From Selaginella moellendorffii (taxonomy: Eukaryota > Plantae > Lycopodiophyta): DNA of 64,000 nucleotides. The translations under genes and the position numbers were made by a program. The notes beneath the pieces are model-generated. The model did not search any database and was not told the DNA's origin. It saw only the letters and a list, made by a program, of their open reading frames with translations. Numbering within the stretch: the stretch's first letter is position 1; every line of letters starts with the position of its first letter. This document shows positions 12,142 to 26,322 of this stretch, in pieces. The stretch lies in the NCBI RefSeq assembly GCF_000143415.4, contig NW_003314266.1, forward strand, positions 1,200,463 through 1,264,462, in the 5' to 3' direction.

Positions 12142-13047
12142 ATGGCGTCCTCTCCCGCATTTGGCTGTGCGGATCGATTCGTGGTGGCGCCGCCTCTCGC
12201 GCCTTCGTCAACGGCCCATTTCGGTGAGTGCATGGGTTGGAAAAAATGGGCATCAAAATTCGGGGCTGGATTCTCAGGTTCCAGGCTGCCCTGTTTGAGA
12301 CAGAGGGAATTTTGCTTAAGTGGTGGTGGTCGGCGGCAATGGGGTGAAGTTTTCACTGCCCAGGGTTTTTTCGGGAAGAAGGAGAACACGGAGAGCAATT
12401 CCGAGGATGGAAGCAAGAAGGTATGTCTAGAAGAAGAATTTGCGTTGTGGTGATTGTATTCTTTTAGGGAGGAGGAGGGATTTTTGGAAATATGCAAGAG
12501 CTCTACCAAACTGTTCGAAAAGCCCAGCAAGTCGTGCAAGTGGAGGCCGTGAAGGTGCAGAAGGAACTAGCTGCGTAAGGCGATATGTTTTTCCTCCATT
12601 GCTTTCGTTGTTACTGAGGCAAACGTTTGCAGCACCGAGTTTGATGGATACTGCGAGGGCGAACTTGTGAAGGTGAGAAAGCTTCCAACTTCTTTTGATT
12701 TGGATTTATTTCCAATTAACTTGTGCAAGCAAAGCAGGCTGTTCTTTCCGGAAACCAAGAACCTTTGAGAGTTGAGATCACCGAGGCGGCGATGGAGCTC
12801 GGGGCGGAGGTAAGAAACCATCTCCTTAAAGCTGAGATTACTTATCAAAATCTCTCGCAGAAACTGTCGCTACTGGTGAATGACGCGTACAAGGATGCAC
12901 ACCAGAAAAGTGTCATGGTAAGCAAATGCCTGGTAGAAGAAACGGAAACGAGTGACACTGATCTCGAAACTTGTCCAGGCTATGAAGGAACGCATGAAGA
13001 ACTTAGCGGAGAGCTTGGGGATGCCTCCCGGCTTGACACCCAGCTGA
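12142..13047 (+). CDS. Plastid nucleoid-associated YbaB/EbfC-family (STIC2-like) protein, 6 exons
   Basis: Transit peptide, then GIFGNMQELYQTVRKAQQVVQVEAVKVQKELAA|TEFDGYCEGELVK|AVLSGNQEPLRVEITEAAMELGAE|KLSLLVNDAYKDAHQKSVM|AMKERMKNLAESLGMPPGLTPS*. Confidence 0.93.
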
Positions 13048-14039
13048 AACGCACAAACGTGGATATAGCCTGGTTCCACAGTTTTGTACTCGCGGTAAAG
13101 CAGTAAGCTGCTATTTTTCTGCGCTCGCCCTTCAATCACAAACTCGTCTGGAACTTCCTGATCTCCCGCATTGACCCATCAACGTTGAGGCTAAATCACA
13201 CGACTGGCCTCGTCACAGGTACGCCAAAGTCTCCGAAATTTCCTTTAACTTTCAAAGCTTGGATTTCTCGGCTGTGGGATTTCATTCTCTAACAAGGCTC
13301 TGATCGTGTAAGTTTTGAGAGCAAAGAGAAAGGGGGACAATCATTTGGATGCGAGTCGCGATCAGGCTTTGTCCATCACAAACCATGCAGAGCGATGCAA
13401 CTCCATAACAGCGAAGTGTACTCGGAACAGGGAGGTAGGGCCTCTCACCGCTTGTTTTTTGTTCTTCCTTTCTCTCTCTCGCTCTCCAGCAAAAGTAGAA
13501 TGGTTTGGTTGCGGAGAGGCCAGCCAGCTGAATCTCGTCGCCTTTAAACCATCCAAAATCTTTTTTTGCGAGGAAGAACAGCTCGAAAAAAAGAAAGAGA
13601 AAAGAACGAACAGTGGTGGGTATGTTAGTCGTAGAGGCATTTTGTCACTTCTCTGTGGAGTAGCCATCGCATGGAAGGGACCGCACAAGAATTCCCTGTC
13701 ATTAAACTGGCAGCTAGTCTTGAGTTTCAATGTTGGACGAGAGTTGGTGATAGAAAATCTTATAAAGTGTTTTGTATCTTGACTTCGTCATATTAATGCT
13801 AGAGTGCTAGTATATTCTAGTATCTTTTCACATCCAACGGTTGTCTTTAATTTAGTGATTTGTTGTGGTGAAGTATATACTGTTTTTTAATTGATTGGAT
13901 ATTAATAATACATACTTTTCTAAATAATATAATTTCCAAATTGCTTTCTTTCTTCAACAGGTGGATAAATACAAGAGCCGTACCTGCTGACAATGTATGT
14001 ACAGCGACAAGCCGTAAGCAGAGCCACCGTAGCGCAACC

Positions 14040-14190
14040 TCCAGCCAATGGGAAGGCACGGCCCAGATTTTGCGCTCCCGGGCGCCCCCAATCACAAATT
14101 GCCACCGCATTTCCGATAAGGATTTCGCGGGCCCTTTAGTCCACGTCACTCGCAGCGCGCCCAGATTCAAATATTTGAAAACTTCGAATA
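14040..14190 (+). promoter_or_regulatory. Putative light-responsive promoter module of the COL gene
   Basis: CCAAT (14045), I-box GATAAGG (14116), GGGCCC and CCACGTCA (about 14141) clustered upstream of a pyrimidine-rich leader. Confidence 0.35.
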
Positions 14191-14749
14191 TCAGGGCTTT
14201 CCAGTGGGGACCGTACCATGGACCCATACGCTGCTCTCTCTGGGTCGCTGTCCCCTCTTTTTTCTCTCCCTTTGTAATTGAAGTTGCTACCGCGACTGCT
14301 GGAGCCAAAATTTTATTTTGCCCCTCGCCCACCTCTGGACAATCTTCTGCCACTGTTCTCTCGCTCGCCAATAATCAATCCCATCAAAAGTGGTGAGCAG
14401 CACTAGCAGCAGCTGAACGAGCGAGCGAGCTTTGCTTTCGAGCCCTCCTGTTCCTCGCTTAAAAGCTGTGACGCGGTTTTGGTCTCTCCTCCTGTGTGTC
14501 ACTCTGCCATGTCCTCGACTGCCGCGATGATTTGATGCGATATCGATGTGATCTTCTTTCCCTTTGCCTTTCTCCTTCCCTGTAAGTAGCCCGAGCTTCC
14601 CATTGGCTTGAGCAACTGGCGCGTGCTCGGCGGAGGGGATAACACCTTTCCACAATTCCTCTCGGACAGCTTCAAGGCTTCTCTGCTTCTTCTTCTCTTT
14701 CTTAGCGCCTGTCGGTGCGAGAACGCTGAGGTTGTTATAAGCAGGAGAT

Positions 14750-16224
14750 ATGGAAAAGGCGAGTAGTACCTCCAAGTCTAGTAGTAATCTGGCCGCCACG
14801 GCCATGGCAATAGCAGGAAGAGCTCTCCGTCCCTGTGATGTCTGCGGTCGTGAGCGAGCGAAATGGTTTTGCAAGGCGGACGAGGCGTACCTGTGCGAGA
14901 ACTGTGATGGTTCCGTTCATGGAGCCAACGCCGTCTCTCTTCGCCACGAGCGCTTCCGTATGGGTCCAAATGGTATGCTCATGAAGAACGTCAAGCGGGT
15001 GTCCAAGTTCCAGCTCGCGGAGGATATCTCTCCCACGAACTCTGCTGCTGCTGTTACTGCTGCTTGTGCCAAGGATAGCCACTGTCCCCCGAGGAAGAAG
15101 CCCAGATCAAGTCGTTCCCATTCTCTCGGATCAAATTCCTCCAAGGAGAGTGGCAAAGTTAAAGCAGAGCCGAAGAGTCCCAAGGAGTACGCAGCCGAAT
15201 TCCAGCCTTGCCAGGAGTCTTCTCACGAGGTTCCCATCTTTGATCCACTTCTCGAAGACTTTGCAGCCAGTGATGATAATTCACTGGGATGTACTGTCCC
15301 CTGTGCCACTCCACCCGACGAAGACGACGAGGAGATGTGCTTCACCGTGCCAGACGACTGTGATCTCGACGGCTTCCTCGACAGCGAAGCAGATCTGGGC
15401 GTTATGGACGGGATCATCTCGGGAACCATTGAAATGGACGGAATTGCAGACCTTGGGGACGTACTAGGCGAGTCCGAGTGCAAAACTTTCACGCACGACA
15501 GCTTCGGCATCGACTTCCCGGAGATCTTCCACAGTCCCTCCCCGAACAGCGATGTATCCGACGCAGATGCCTTTGACTCTGCTGATGCCGTGAAAGTAAA
15601 GACCGAGGAGGTCGAGGAGCTGGACAAGATCAAGCTGGAAGTCGACGAGATGCTCGGCTTTGCGTTCAGTTCCGCCAGCACAGTCAAGGAAGAGGAGGTC
15701 GAGAAGAAGATCACGCTGAAGCTTGACTACGAGGACGTCCTCAATGCATGGTCTGATCGAGGGCCTTTCTGGACGGAGGGACCTCGGCCTCAAACAGTTC
15801 CAGACGATTCTCTCTTTGATCCCGCGGTAAGTCTCTTGATCCTGCAGTTCCGTATCAGTTTGGTAACAAATATTGTCTACAGAGTACCTTGGACTATGGA
15901 CTGGTTCCCGATTTTTGCATGGAAAGTACGGAAGTTGAGGCGGTTGGACAGGTACCGGTTGTAAACTTCGGGGAGGATAGACTTACTCCACGAGGCGGAA
16001 GAGAAGCTCGTGTCATGAGATATAGAGAAAAACGGAGAACTCGACTGTTTTCCAAGAAGATCCGCTACGAGGTCCGGAAACTCAATGCTGAAAGAAGGCC
16101 ACGGCTAAAGGTTAGTATCTACAGTGAAAAAAAGAAAAAGAAAAACAGTACCTTTCATAACTGATCGTGTTCTCTTGTTCAGGGTCGCTTTGTAAAAAGA
16201 ACCAACAGCACGCCCCACGCCTGA
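14750..16224 (+). CDS. CONSTANS-like protein with a single B-box and a CCT domain (group III, COL16-like)
   Basis: B-box [40 protein letters not shown]; [14 protein letters not shown] motif; [40 protein letters not shown]|GRFVKR. Two introns. Confidence 0.95.
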
Positions 16225-16613
16225 AGCCTTCGAATTCCTCTTTTAACATAGCTGAGATCATGTATACTAGCGGCACTGCCCTGTTACAAATATGTAACTC
16301 AAATGTGTCGTCAATGAGAGCATGATGTACCTATTCATCGAGAGTAACGGAAAAAAGGAACGAGAAACTTAGAAGCCAAACCTTGCAGTGTACATTCTAT
16401 ATACTATAAAAGTACCATACTGTACCTCCTAGAACAAAATCTCTACTCACTCTTGCCGTTGGCGATGTTTCTGACAGACAACAAATGAGTTTCAAAGTCT
16501 TAACAGAACTTCAATACCTGAACTGCACTAAACAAAAGAAAGTAAGATAAGGATTGAAAACACTTGACCTGGCTCCCTAAACAGAATAAGCCAGGGTAAC
16601 AGCGCTGTACATG

Positions 16614-18134
16614 CTAGATAGGTATCAGCTTGCGCCATCTTAAGAAGAGGATGACCGAAGCAAAGAAGAAAACTCCAACGAGCCCGGAGACAGTGATGAT
16701 CCACTTGAAAGCCCAAGGGCGATCCGTCAGGGGAAGTGGAATGTTCATACCAAAAATGCCAGCAATGATGCTATAGAACGCCATCACAAACGTTGCCGTG
16801 GTCAGAATGAGCTCGAACTGAATAAGCTGATTCCGAACATGATCCTGTCACCCAAGACTTTAGTAACACATGGGGAGAAAAACGAGCTTACCAAATTAAT
16901 ATTGATCAAGTCTTCCGTGTCCTCGATATATTCTTCCAACTGCAAGGTCATAGCTTGGGTCAATCATGTAGTTCTAGTACGAAATGTGAGACTTACAGAG
17001 GTCAGCTTGTTGAGAATCCCGTCGACCACCACAAAATAGGCTTCCAAAAGCATCTCCACTTCATCCACTCCCTCTGCGTTACTTTCGGAGTTCATTCTGT
17101 CCAGCTTGTGCTTCCCAATGCTCTGGAGCTTTTCTAAAGTCCGTGCAGCTTGTGGAGAACCAACAGGTGAGACAGGCGCGGACGCAGACATTACCGCAAA
17201 CACGTTTCCAGCTTCTTTCTTTTTGGTAAGATAGAGTTCCGCCATGTCCTCGTCGTCATCCATGAGCTGCTCGATCTCATCACGAACCTTCAAAAAATTT
17301 AAGTTAGAACACCCAGAAAATAGAGCAAGGTAGCACTTACCCGTTCCACTCGACGTTTCAAGCCAACTAGCCGACTTTTGAGTCGTCTAACGCGCTCCAG
17401 ATTCAAGGTGCTGATCCTCGACGCAAGCTTCTCCAGCAGAGGATATGCTTCATCTTCCAGCTCTGCAGTCTGATACCAAAAAGTTTAGAAAACGCTCGAG
17501 GTAGTTTTTTTTTTTATTTTTTTTTAAAAAAACAGGAAAAAAGACTCGTTACCTGTGCATCCAAGACCACGCAAGCCGTTTCTAAAGCAACCTCGAGTGC
17601 CTTCAGCTCAAACGGCAGCGCGTTCACGGACAAACCATCCAAAAGTTCCTCGTGATGGTTTGCTTGGGGAGAGGAGCTGTTGGGCTCTTTAAAATCGTAG
17701 CTCGACACATCAATCTTCTTACTTCCCGGAGATCGCCACTCGAAAGTCCCAGCATTGATGTGCTTGTTTGGAGCTATGCGTCTTCTTAGCTCACTCACGA
17801 ACTGCAACACGTAGCTATCCAGCGAGTTGAGCACCAGTACCTCATCCGCGGTGATCACACACCGGATTTGCTCCAAGTTCACGACGATCGCCTTCTCCCT
17901 CCCCAGGATGGTGGACGGATACACGAACAGAGGGTCCAGCAGGCGAAGATCACGACCTGGGAGCTGGCAGCGCCGCATTACCGTGAACTTGTCGGCCTCA
18001 AGAACGTGAGAGTTCCCGGCTGTATCGATTCTAATCCAGGACCTGACTCCAAGAGCTCGTTTCTTGGGGTCGATGACGAGCAGCGATGGCCGCTCGCGAT
18101 CCCTGCCGAGCAACGGCGCCTTCAAATCCCCCAT
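16614..18134 (-). CDS. MRS2: MRS2/MGT (CorA-family) magnesium transporter, MRS2-1-like
   Basis: RDLRLLDPLFVYPSTILGREKAIVVNLEQIRC, LMDDDEDMAELYLT, EMLLEAYF, RNQLIQFEL..AGIFGMN (GMN motif); ends WRKLIPI*. Confidence 0.96.
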
Positions 18135-18437
18135 CCCCCTCACCTCCAGAGCTTATTCCATCAATCAGTCGGCGCGCTAAGCGAGCGCGAATCGCTGGAA
18201 AGAACCGGCATTCCCACGATCGTCGCGACGAACTTGTGCCGCTACCGCTGCTCCGAAGAACTATCGCTGCCCTAAAGAAGAACTACAGTGTGGACGGATC
18301 GACGTGGCAAAGAGCATGCGCTTTCCATATTTGATTTTCTTATATTTTTCTAATGACTTTGCCCTAACGAATATTCTTCAACTTTGAATTTAAACTATTG
18401 ACTAACAACCCCTATTAAGCACCCGGCGGGAAAGACA

Positions 18438-20361
<1,924 letters not shown>

Positions 20362-20514
20362 TTATGCTGCGTCCGGGTGTAACCGCCCATTTCAGCCGAC
20401 AACCGTGAACTGTCAGCCGGCATAGCCAACGTGGAACCCTCTTTTCCCGCCCAAATGACATCAATTTTGAATTTGAAATTAAGAAACCGCAAAATTTTCT
20501 CTTCGTCCTCGCTT

Positions 20515-22609
20515 TCACATTGCGAGAAAGCTCGCATAGAAAACTAGAGGAACAAACATATTGTCCATTTGGGACGTGTAAGCCTCTAGCAATCCAGCAA
20601 GCACCGCAGGAATCGCTAATTGGTAAGTCTAAAAGAAAGAAAAATAAAACAATTAAAGGAAAGAAGTAGAAAAACAAATTGTGCAATTACCTGAAAGCAT
20701 ATAGGAGATACTAGTCTTTGAATGAGAGCGCACGAGAAACCCAAGGACACGATTCCAGCTATGGTGCCTTCCATTGTTTTCTCTGAAGGACACGAACCAA
20801 GCTTATAAACCGTCACAAGATAGAAAATTGCTACTCACTGCTGGTACTGCTGATTCTCCATGATCCATAGTTGTATCCAACGTATGATGCCTGGTAGAAA
20901 GAAGAAGCGACTCGTAAAAACGTTTATAAATCTCATTTCCATACCATTGTGTCGCCAATTCCGATGCTCAAAATTCCTGCGAGAGTTGCTAACGGTCGCA
21001 GTCTCCAGCCGTGATGAAACCAGACTGGTACTGCGCATCCAAGAAGCAAAGAAAAATGGCTATCAAGACGAGACAAGGAAGTTAGTTTTGGTCTCAAGGA
21101 ATCATCTGTCCATACCTGACAATAAGCTTATCTGAGTCCCGATGATCAGCAAAAACAGCCATGAATTCTGTGATCCTTGGCCCGATGTGTGGAATTTGCC
21201 ATATCTAGGGATGAGGGAGTGTTAACAGACAAGAAAACTGTTTTAACCTTACCCTCAGCATTTCCACAAGGCCGAAGATAACAAGAGCCACAGTGAAAGC
21301 CAGATGTAAAAACTCTTTCTGACAAATAGAAAGAGCAAGAAGATGAGCATCAATACACATAAATTTTTACGTACCTCGATCAAAACCGCTGGGACGAACA
21401 TCATCACTGCTAAAATATGATAGCCCTTGCGGACGAGTATTTGTGGAGCACCATTGTGTTTAGCAATGTTGTAGAGATATGGCAGTAAGCACAGTGCTGC
21501 GAGCCAGTACAAGCAGAGTCCAAAACGTAGCAGTGGCTTTTCCAGCATAAAGTTGACCACCCTATCAAAAGAATTAAATCGAACAAGAAAAAGAAGAAAA
21601 AGCGGTGTACCATAGAACTGGGTGTCGATGAACTCCTGCCACTAAGCGAAACCACGCAGGAGCTATTGTCAGCATTATGGAAAGAAAAGCTGCGGCGAAA
21701 GAGACAGTTTTGGAGTCCCTTGTCAACCACAGGAAACATTTGTAAGCTGGTGGCATGAGGCTCAGTCCGAAAACTCCAACCTATATGGATGAATTGTATT
21801 TCTCTGAGTTATCAAACGAATGAACAAACCTGGAGCATACAGTCGAGAGGATGAATTGGATTTCCAAGAATTGTGAGCAACAGATTTCCTCCATAGAGTG
21901 CTAATCCACTGGCCACAAGTATCAATTCCCCTGGATAGAGTTGAGATATAAGAATCGAGCTATAAAAACGTAGAGAGAAACTTCTACTACCTGGCGTTCC
22001 ACATCCCGGGAAATTTTGAAGTATAGCTCGCAAGAAACTCGCCGATCCACAAGACTGGATTGCCAAGACAGCAATTGGAATCAAATCCTTAAATCCTGCC
22101 AGAGTCAAAAAAAAGAATCACGATATCACGATCGTGTGCTTACTTACCAGTTGCATTTGCAAAACCAATGCTCAAAGCAAACAACGCGATCCCTCCTTTG
22201 AAATAATCAAATAGGGACGACTGCCCGAGAAGTGTGACCGACGAAGTGTCGATGGAGAAGAAATTTAGAAGCCTTAGGCTGCATAGCGTAGCGCTCCAGA
22301 ACGAGAATTTGCTTGTCGAGGCTGGATCCAGAGAAGAATTAAACCGAGACGCGAGTACCAGCGGCCAAGTAATCGATCCCAGAAAAATCCCTGTCGAAAC
22401 ACCTGGTCTTCACAGAGCAGGATTTTCACAATGGATCGGGCTAAAATTCCATACCTGAAGCTGGAGTAGGGATTTTTCCCTTTCTGACGCGATTCCACAA
22501 ACCAGGCCCATGCCGCGAGCGCGACGATCGCAGAGAATTCGAGGATGTGATCGATCGAGAGAGACAGCGCCACACAGAGCGTGATCGCCGCGACAACGAG
22601 CTCCTCCAT
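20515..22609 (-). CDS. DOK1: Dolichol kinase (Sec59/DOK1-like), multi-exon
   Basis: Polytopic membrane protein with RKGYHILAVMMFVPA, ASYVGYNYGSWRIS..KKTMEGTIAG and LLEAYTSQMDNMFVPLVFYASFLAM*. Confidence 0.9.
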
Positions 22610-22907
22610 CGAGGATAAACCCTAGGCAGATTCCTCAAAATGAAAGGGTATATGCTTTTTCTTAGCGCCAAAATATGAAAAAGAACAAAACCCTATTTGG
22701 CCAGGGCTAGGGTTGGGCGCCAGGGGAGCTAGATCGTTGGAAGCGATGGCTTATCGGCATGGAATCAGAGAGAGGAAGAGGATCGTAGGGAGGATCATTC
22801 ATGCCTTGCGGCGAAGAGAGGAGATTTTGATCGATTCCGGCTTGTGAGTAGATCCATTTCTAGAATTCTAGCGAAGAGGATTGTGGGGGCAATTGGAATC
22901 CGGCACG

Positions 22908-23803
22908 ATGAGTGAGATGTTCCAGACCTATGAGCGGCAGTACCAGGAGCTTGTCTCCGGTCTAAAGCAAGGCTGCGTCGCCGCTGGAGCTCTCAATGAG
23001 GGTAATCAATCCCTTCCTTCGATCGATCGATTGATCTAAGCGGCAAATTCCAGCAGATCAGAGGAGACCCAAAGTTCCTGAATTGAAAACGGCGCTCGAC
23101 GAAGGGGATTCCCTGGTAACTGAAGTTCTCTCGCCAAGAAAGCTAGATTCTCATCGATGGATTTTCAGATCAGGAGGATGGATCTCGAGGCGCGGGGGCT
23201 CCAGCCGCCGCAGAAGACGGCATTCCTGGGAAAGCTCAAGAACTACAAGGCGGAGCTCACAAATCTCAAGCGCGAAGTTAAGATGATGTCCATGGGCGCT
23301 GGAGCGCGAGAGCAGCTCCTGGAAGGCGGCCAATTCACGGTAAATCCTTCCTTCTTCTTCTCGACCCTTCGTCTTGGGCGAAGCTCTTCGACTAAGTCCC
23401 AGCAGATTTGCTCCAGACCTCGCAAGAACAACGGGTCCAACTAGCCGCCGCCACCGATAGGATGTATCAAACCGGCGACAGGATACGAGAAGGCAAGAAG
23501 GTGCTGGTGGAGACCGAAGAACTCGGCGTCTCGATCCTCCAGGACCTCCACCGGCAGCGGGAAGTTCTCCAGCACTCGAAGAACACCGTAAGTTTTGCGC
23601 TTGATCACAACTTAGATCGAAATCGTGTCTGTTCTTGGATGATCCAGTTGCATGGAGTGGACGACAACATCGCCCGGGGCAAAGTCATCATCCACAACAT
23701 CAGCCGGAGGATCACCAGGAACAAGTACATTATGGCAGGTCTGATCATCTTCCTCTTGCTTGCCATCCTCGTCATTGCCACGGGCAAGAGGCACCAAGGT
23801 TGA
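22908..23803 (+). CDS. VTI1: Qb-SNARE VTI1
   Basis: MSEMFQTYERQYQEL, IRRMDLEAR, ETEELGVSILQDLHRQRE..LHGVDDNI, C-terminal TM helix. Confidence 0.95.
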
Positions 23804-23930
23804 CACCCACAGCTAACTTGGTTTTCCATCCGAGCAGCAATCCAAAAACCCATCCTCGCACTGAAAGAAACTCCACAGCCATCGTCGAGCGCCGCCGAGA
23901 TCTCGAGCGAGCAGCAGCACCACCAAAAGC

Positions 23931-24072
23931 GTTCTTCGTCGGCTTGATCTGATCTACTTCCAACTCTAAAACATCGCGTCCTCCTCGTCGGCTTGATCTG
24001 ATCTACTTGCAACTCTAGAACATCGCGTCCCTGTTCTTCGTCGGCTCGATCTGGTCTTAGAACATCGCGTCC
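23931..24072. repeat. About three imperfect 45-50 bp tandem units covering the SINA-like stop codon
   Basis: Unit TTCGTCGGCT(T/C)GATCTG...TA(G/A)AACATCGCGTCC occurs three times. Confidence 0.9.
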
Positions 24073-25042
24073 TGGAAGCTGATCCTCTTCTTGGCCGAGG
24101 AGCTCCCGACCCTCTGGAGAGAAACTTCCAGCTGCAAAGGCCCCTTGCTTGGGAACATATGTGCCGGAACCACCAGGAAATCCATGGGCTGCCTGCTCTG
24201 CGAGAAAGTCTGTGCCACGCTCTCGAACAGCAGCCTCTTCTTCCCATTCTTGAGCTCCACCTGGTAGAGATACTCGTCCGGTGCCGCGGCTCCAAAGTAA
24301 GTCACGTAGAGCGAGCTCCCGAGAGAATGCTTGTCCTGGTGGAGTAAGAAGCACAGCCCTTCAACCTTAAGCAGGAAGAACGCCGCCTCTGGCCCCGCGA
24401 GGAAGAGCGTGCACCGAGCTTCCCACGAGAAATCGTAGCGCGCCACCTGATGGGCCTCGACGATGTGCGCCAGGAGATCTCTGGTTGGAGCCGAGACGTT
24501 GCAGGGCTTGATCGGGCAGGCGCACGGCCGGAATTCGCAGCTCCTCTCGTGGATCGCCTTGTGGACGAACTTGGGCATGGCGCCGCAGCCGTGGTCCGCG
24601 AACTTGCAGCTCACGCTCAGCGTCTCGATGAGCTTCTCGATGGCCAGGCAGCGGATCGATCCCAGCGGCTTGGAGCACGTCGGGCACACGTCGCTGATCT
24701 TGGAGCGGCAGCTCTGGCAGGCGATGTGGCCGTTCGAGCACTGCGAGAGGGATATTTCACCGAGAATCAATGCCAAGAACATGGAAATCGATCGAATATC
24801 GGTACCTGGAAGATCGGCGGGGTCAGGGATTCCATACACACGCTGCAATCGAGCGTATCCACATCCAGCGTCGCAAGAACAGCACCGTCCGCCATCGCCG
24901 TGCTCGCAGAGGCAGCCGGCGCCACAGGCGCCGAGGGAATGGACATCATCGGCATCGCCATTGCCATAGCAGACGTCTCCCCGTCGGGCGTCGAGATCCG
25001 CAAGCGCTTCGAGGCAATTGTCTGTGTGGAAAATCGCACCAT
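24057..25042 (-). CDS. SINA-like (SINL) RING E3 ubiquitin ligase, one intron
   Basis: LDCSVCMESLTPPIFQ|CSNGHIACQSC..CPTC..RCLAIEKLIE..CKFADHGC..HERSCEFRPCACP..C..H..H. Confidence 0.93.
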
Positions 25043-25174
25043 TTCTAGGTCCAAAGGAAACGGACTAAAAATGAAGAACCCTAAATGCCAAGAATATACT
25101 CTTGCGAAGAGCCCTAGAGCTTTTGGGGAAGCCCTAGCCGCCGCATCAAAGAGCTAGCGCCAGCGCCTTGCATC

Positions 25175-25749
25175 ATGACTGTCAAGCGGCGGAATGGCGG
25201 CCGCAACAAGCACGGCCGCGGCCATGTCGATCCAATCCGGTGCTCCAATTGTGGGCGCTGCGTCCCCAAGGTATGACATCTAGATCTCTCTTTGCCGGCG
25301 GAGCTGAGATTTCGCCTCCAGGACAAGGCCGTGAAGCGCTTCCTTGTCAGGAACATCGTGGAGCAGGCAGCGGTGCGCGATGTGCAAGACGCTTGCGTCT
25401 ACGAATGTAAGCAGCTCAATTTTTTTCTCTGGAGGCTTGTTTGATGACCAATGTCTTGGTTCTTGCAGCTTACACGCTCCCCAAGCTCTACGGGAAAATG
25501 CAGTACTGCGTCTCCTGCGCGATCCACTCTCACGTCGTGCGCGTCCGATCGAGAGAGAAGAGAAGGGACCGAAACCCGCCAGTGCGACCCTTCCAGAGGC
25601 GCAAGGTTTGAAAGCCATAGATTTGGGAATTTCTTACGAGCGTTCTCTCGTGGTGTTTGTAGGAGGACTTTGTTCCTCGACCTGGTGGCCCTGGTGCTGC
25701 TGGAGGTCCTGGCGGTCCTGGAGCTCCGCGTCCACCACCGCCCCGATAA
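25175..25749 (+). CDS. RPS26: 40S ribosomal protein S26 (eS26), 4 exons
   Basis: [32 protein letters not shown]|[20 protein letters not shown]..|..[25 protein letters not shown]. Confidence 0.98.
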
Positions 25750-26003
25750 ATCGGTCAGCACGAAAATTTGCTCCTCTTCCTTTCCGGCTAACGAAGAGAG
25801 AGTTATCTTTTGTTTGGAATGGCTTTCTTAATCTCATATGGAAGTTTTTGTTGCTTGTGATCAATCGCTTGATTCTTCCAGCTTTGATGTGATCTGCGAA
25901 GATCTCATACCCTCTGGGTCTGAAATCTTCGCTCGCAAGTTTGGCGGCATGAGCAACACGATTTAAACCTTGTCACTCCTAGCCTTATGCTAAATCCCAA
26001 TGC

Positions 26004-26272
26004 TTGCCGGGTCCGACGAATCCATCGACAGTGCCGAATCTAGAGTCGTGTAGACACACTCCACATCTGTGCCTGTTCCAACGCAGTCCATCTCAAAACT
26101 GGCCGGGAACCTTCATCCATTTGGGGTCTGGAGGATTTACTGACGGATTTGTGCTCGACGAATTCATCCTCGCTCTCGACTTTCCTGCAAAAACTCGTGC
26201 CTGGATCGAATGGTTCTTTGATAATGGCAAAGGAAGATACAACGCATTCGAATGCTCAAACCCAATAGTAAT
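26004..26272 (-). pseudogene. EamA 5' fragment (intron 1 / exon 2 piece) at the left end of the array
   Basis: Matches about 34120-34410, including the DCVGTGTDVECVY-coding segment. Confidence 0.8.
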
Positions 26273-26322
26273 CAAATGGCTGCTTACAGAGATAAAGACT
26301 TTAGAGCTTGAGAAACCTTTGT

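Noticed and set aside
13315-14396. Several 120-175 aa ORFs between the YbaB and COL genes
   Set aside because: Low-complexity promoter and UTR sequence; no motifs or splice structure.
23931-24072. CRISPR-like array
   Set aside because: Eukaryotic context, no unique spacers, no cas genes; it is a simple tandem duplication.
23605-25157. Long overlapping and antisense ORFs over VTI1 and SINL (likewise over RPS7 and WEB)
   Set aside because: Expected shadows of GC3-rich coding sequence.
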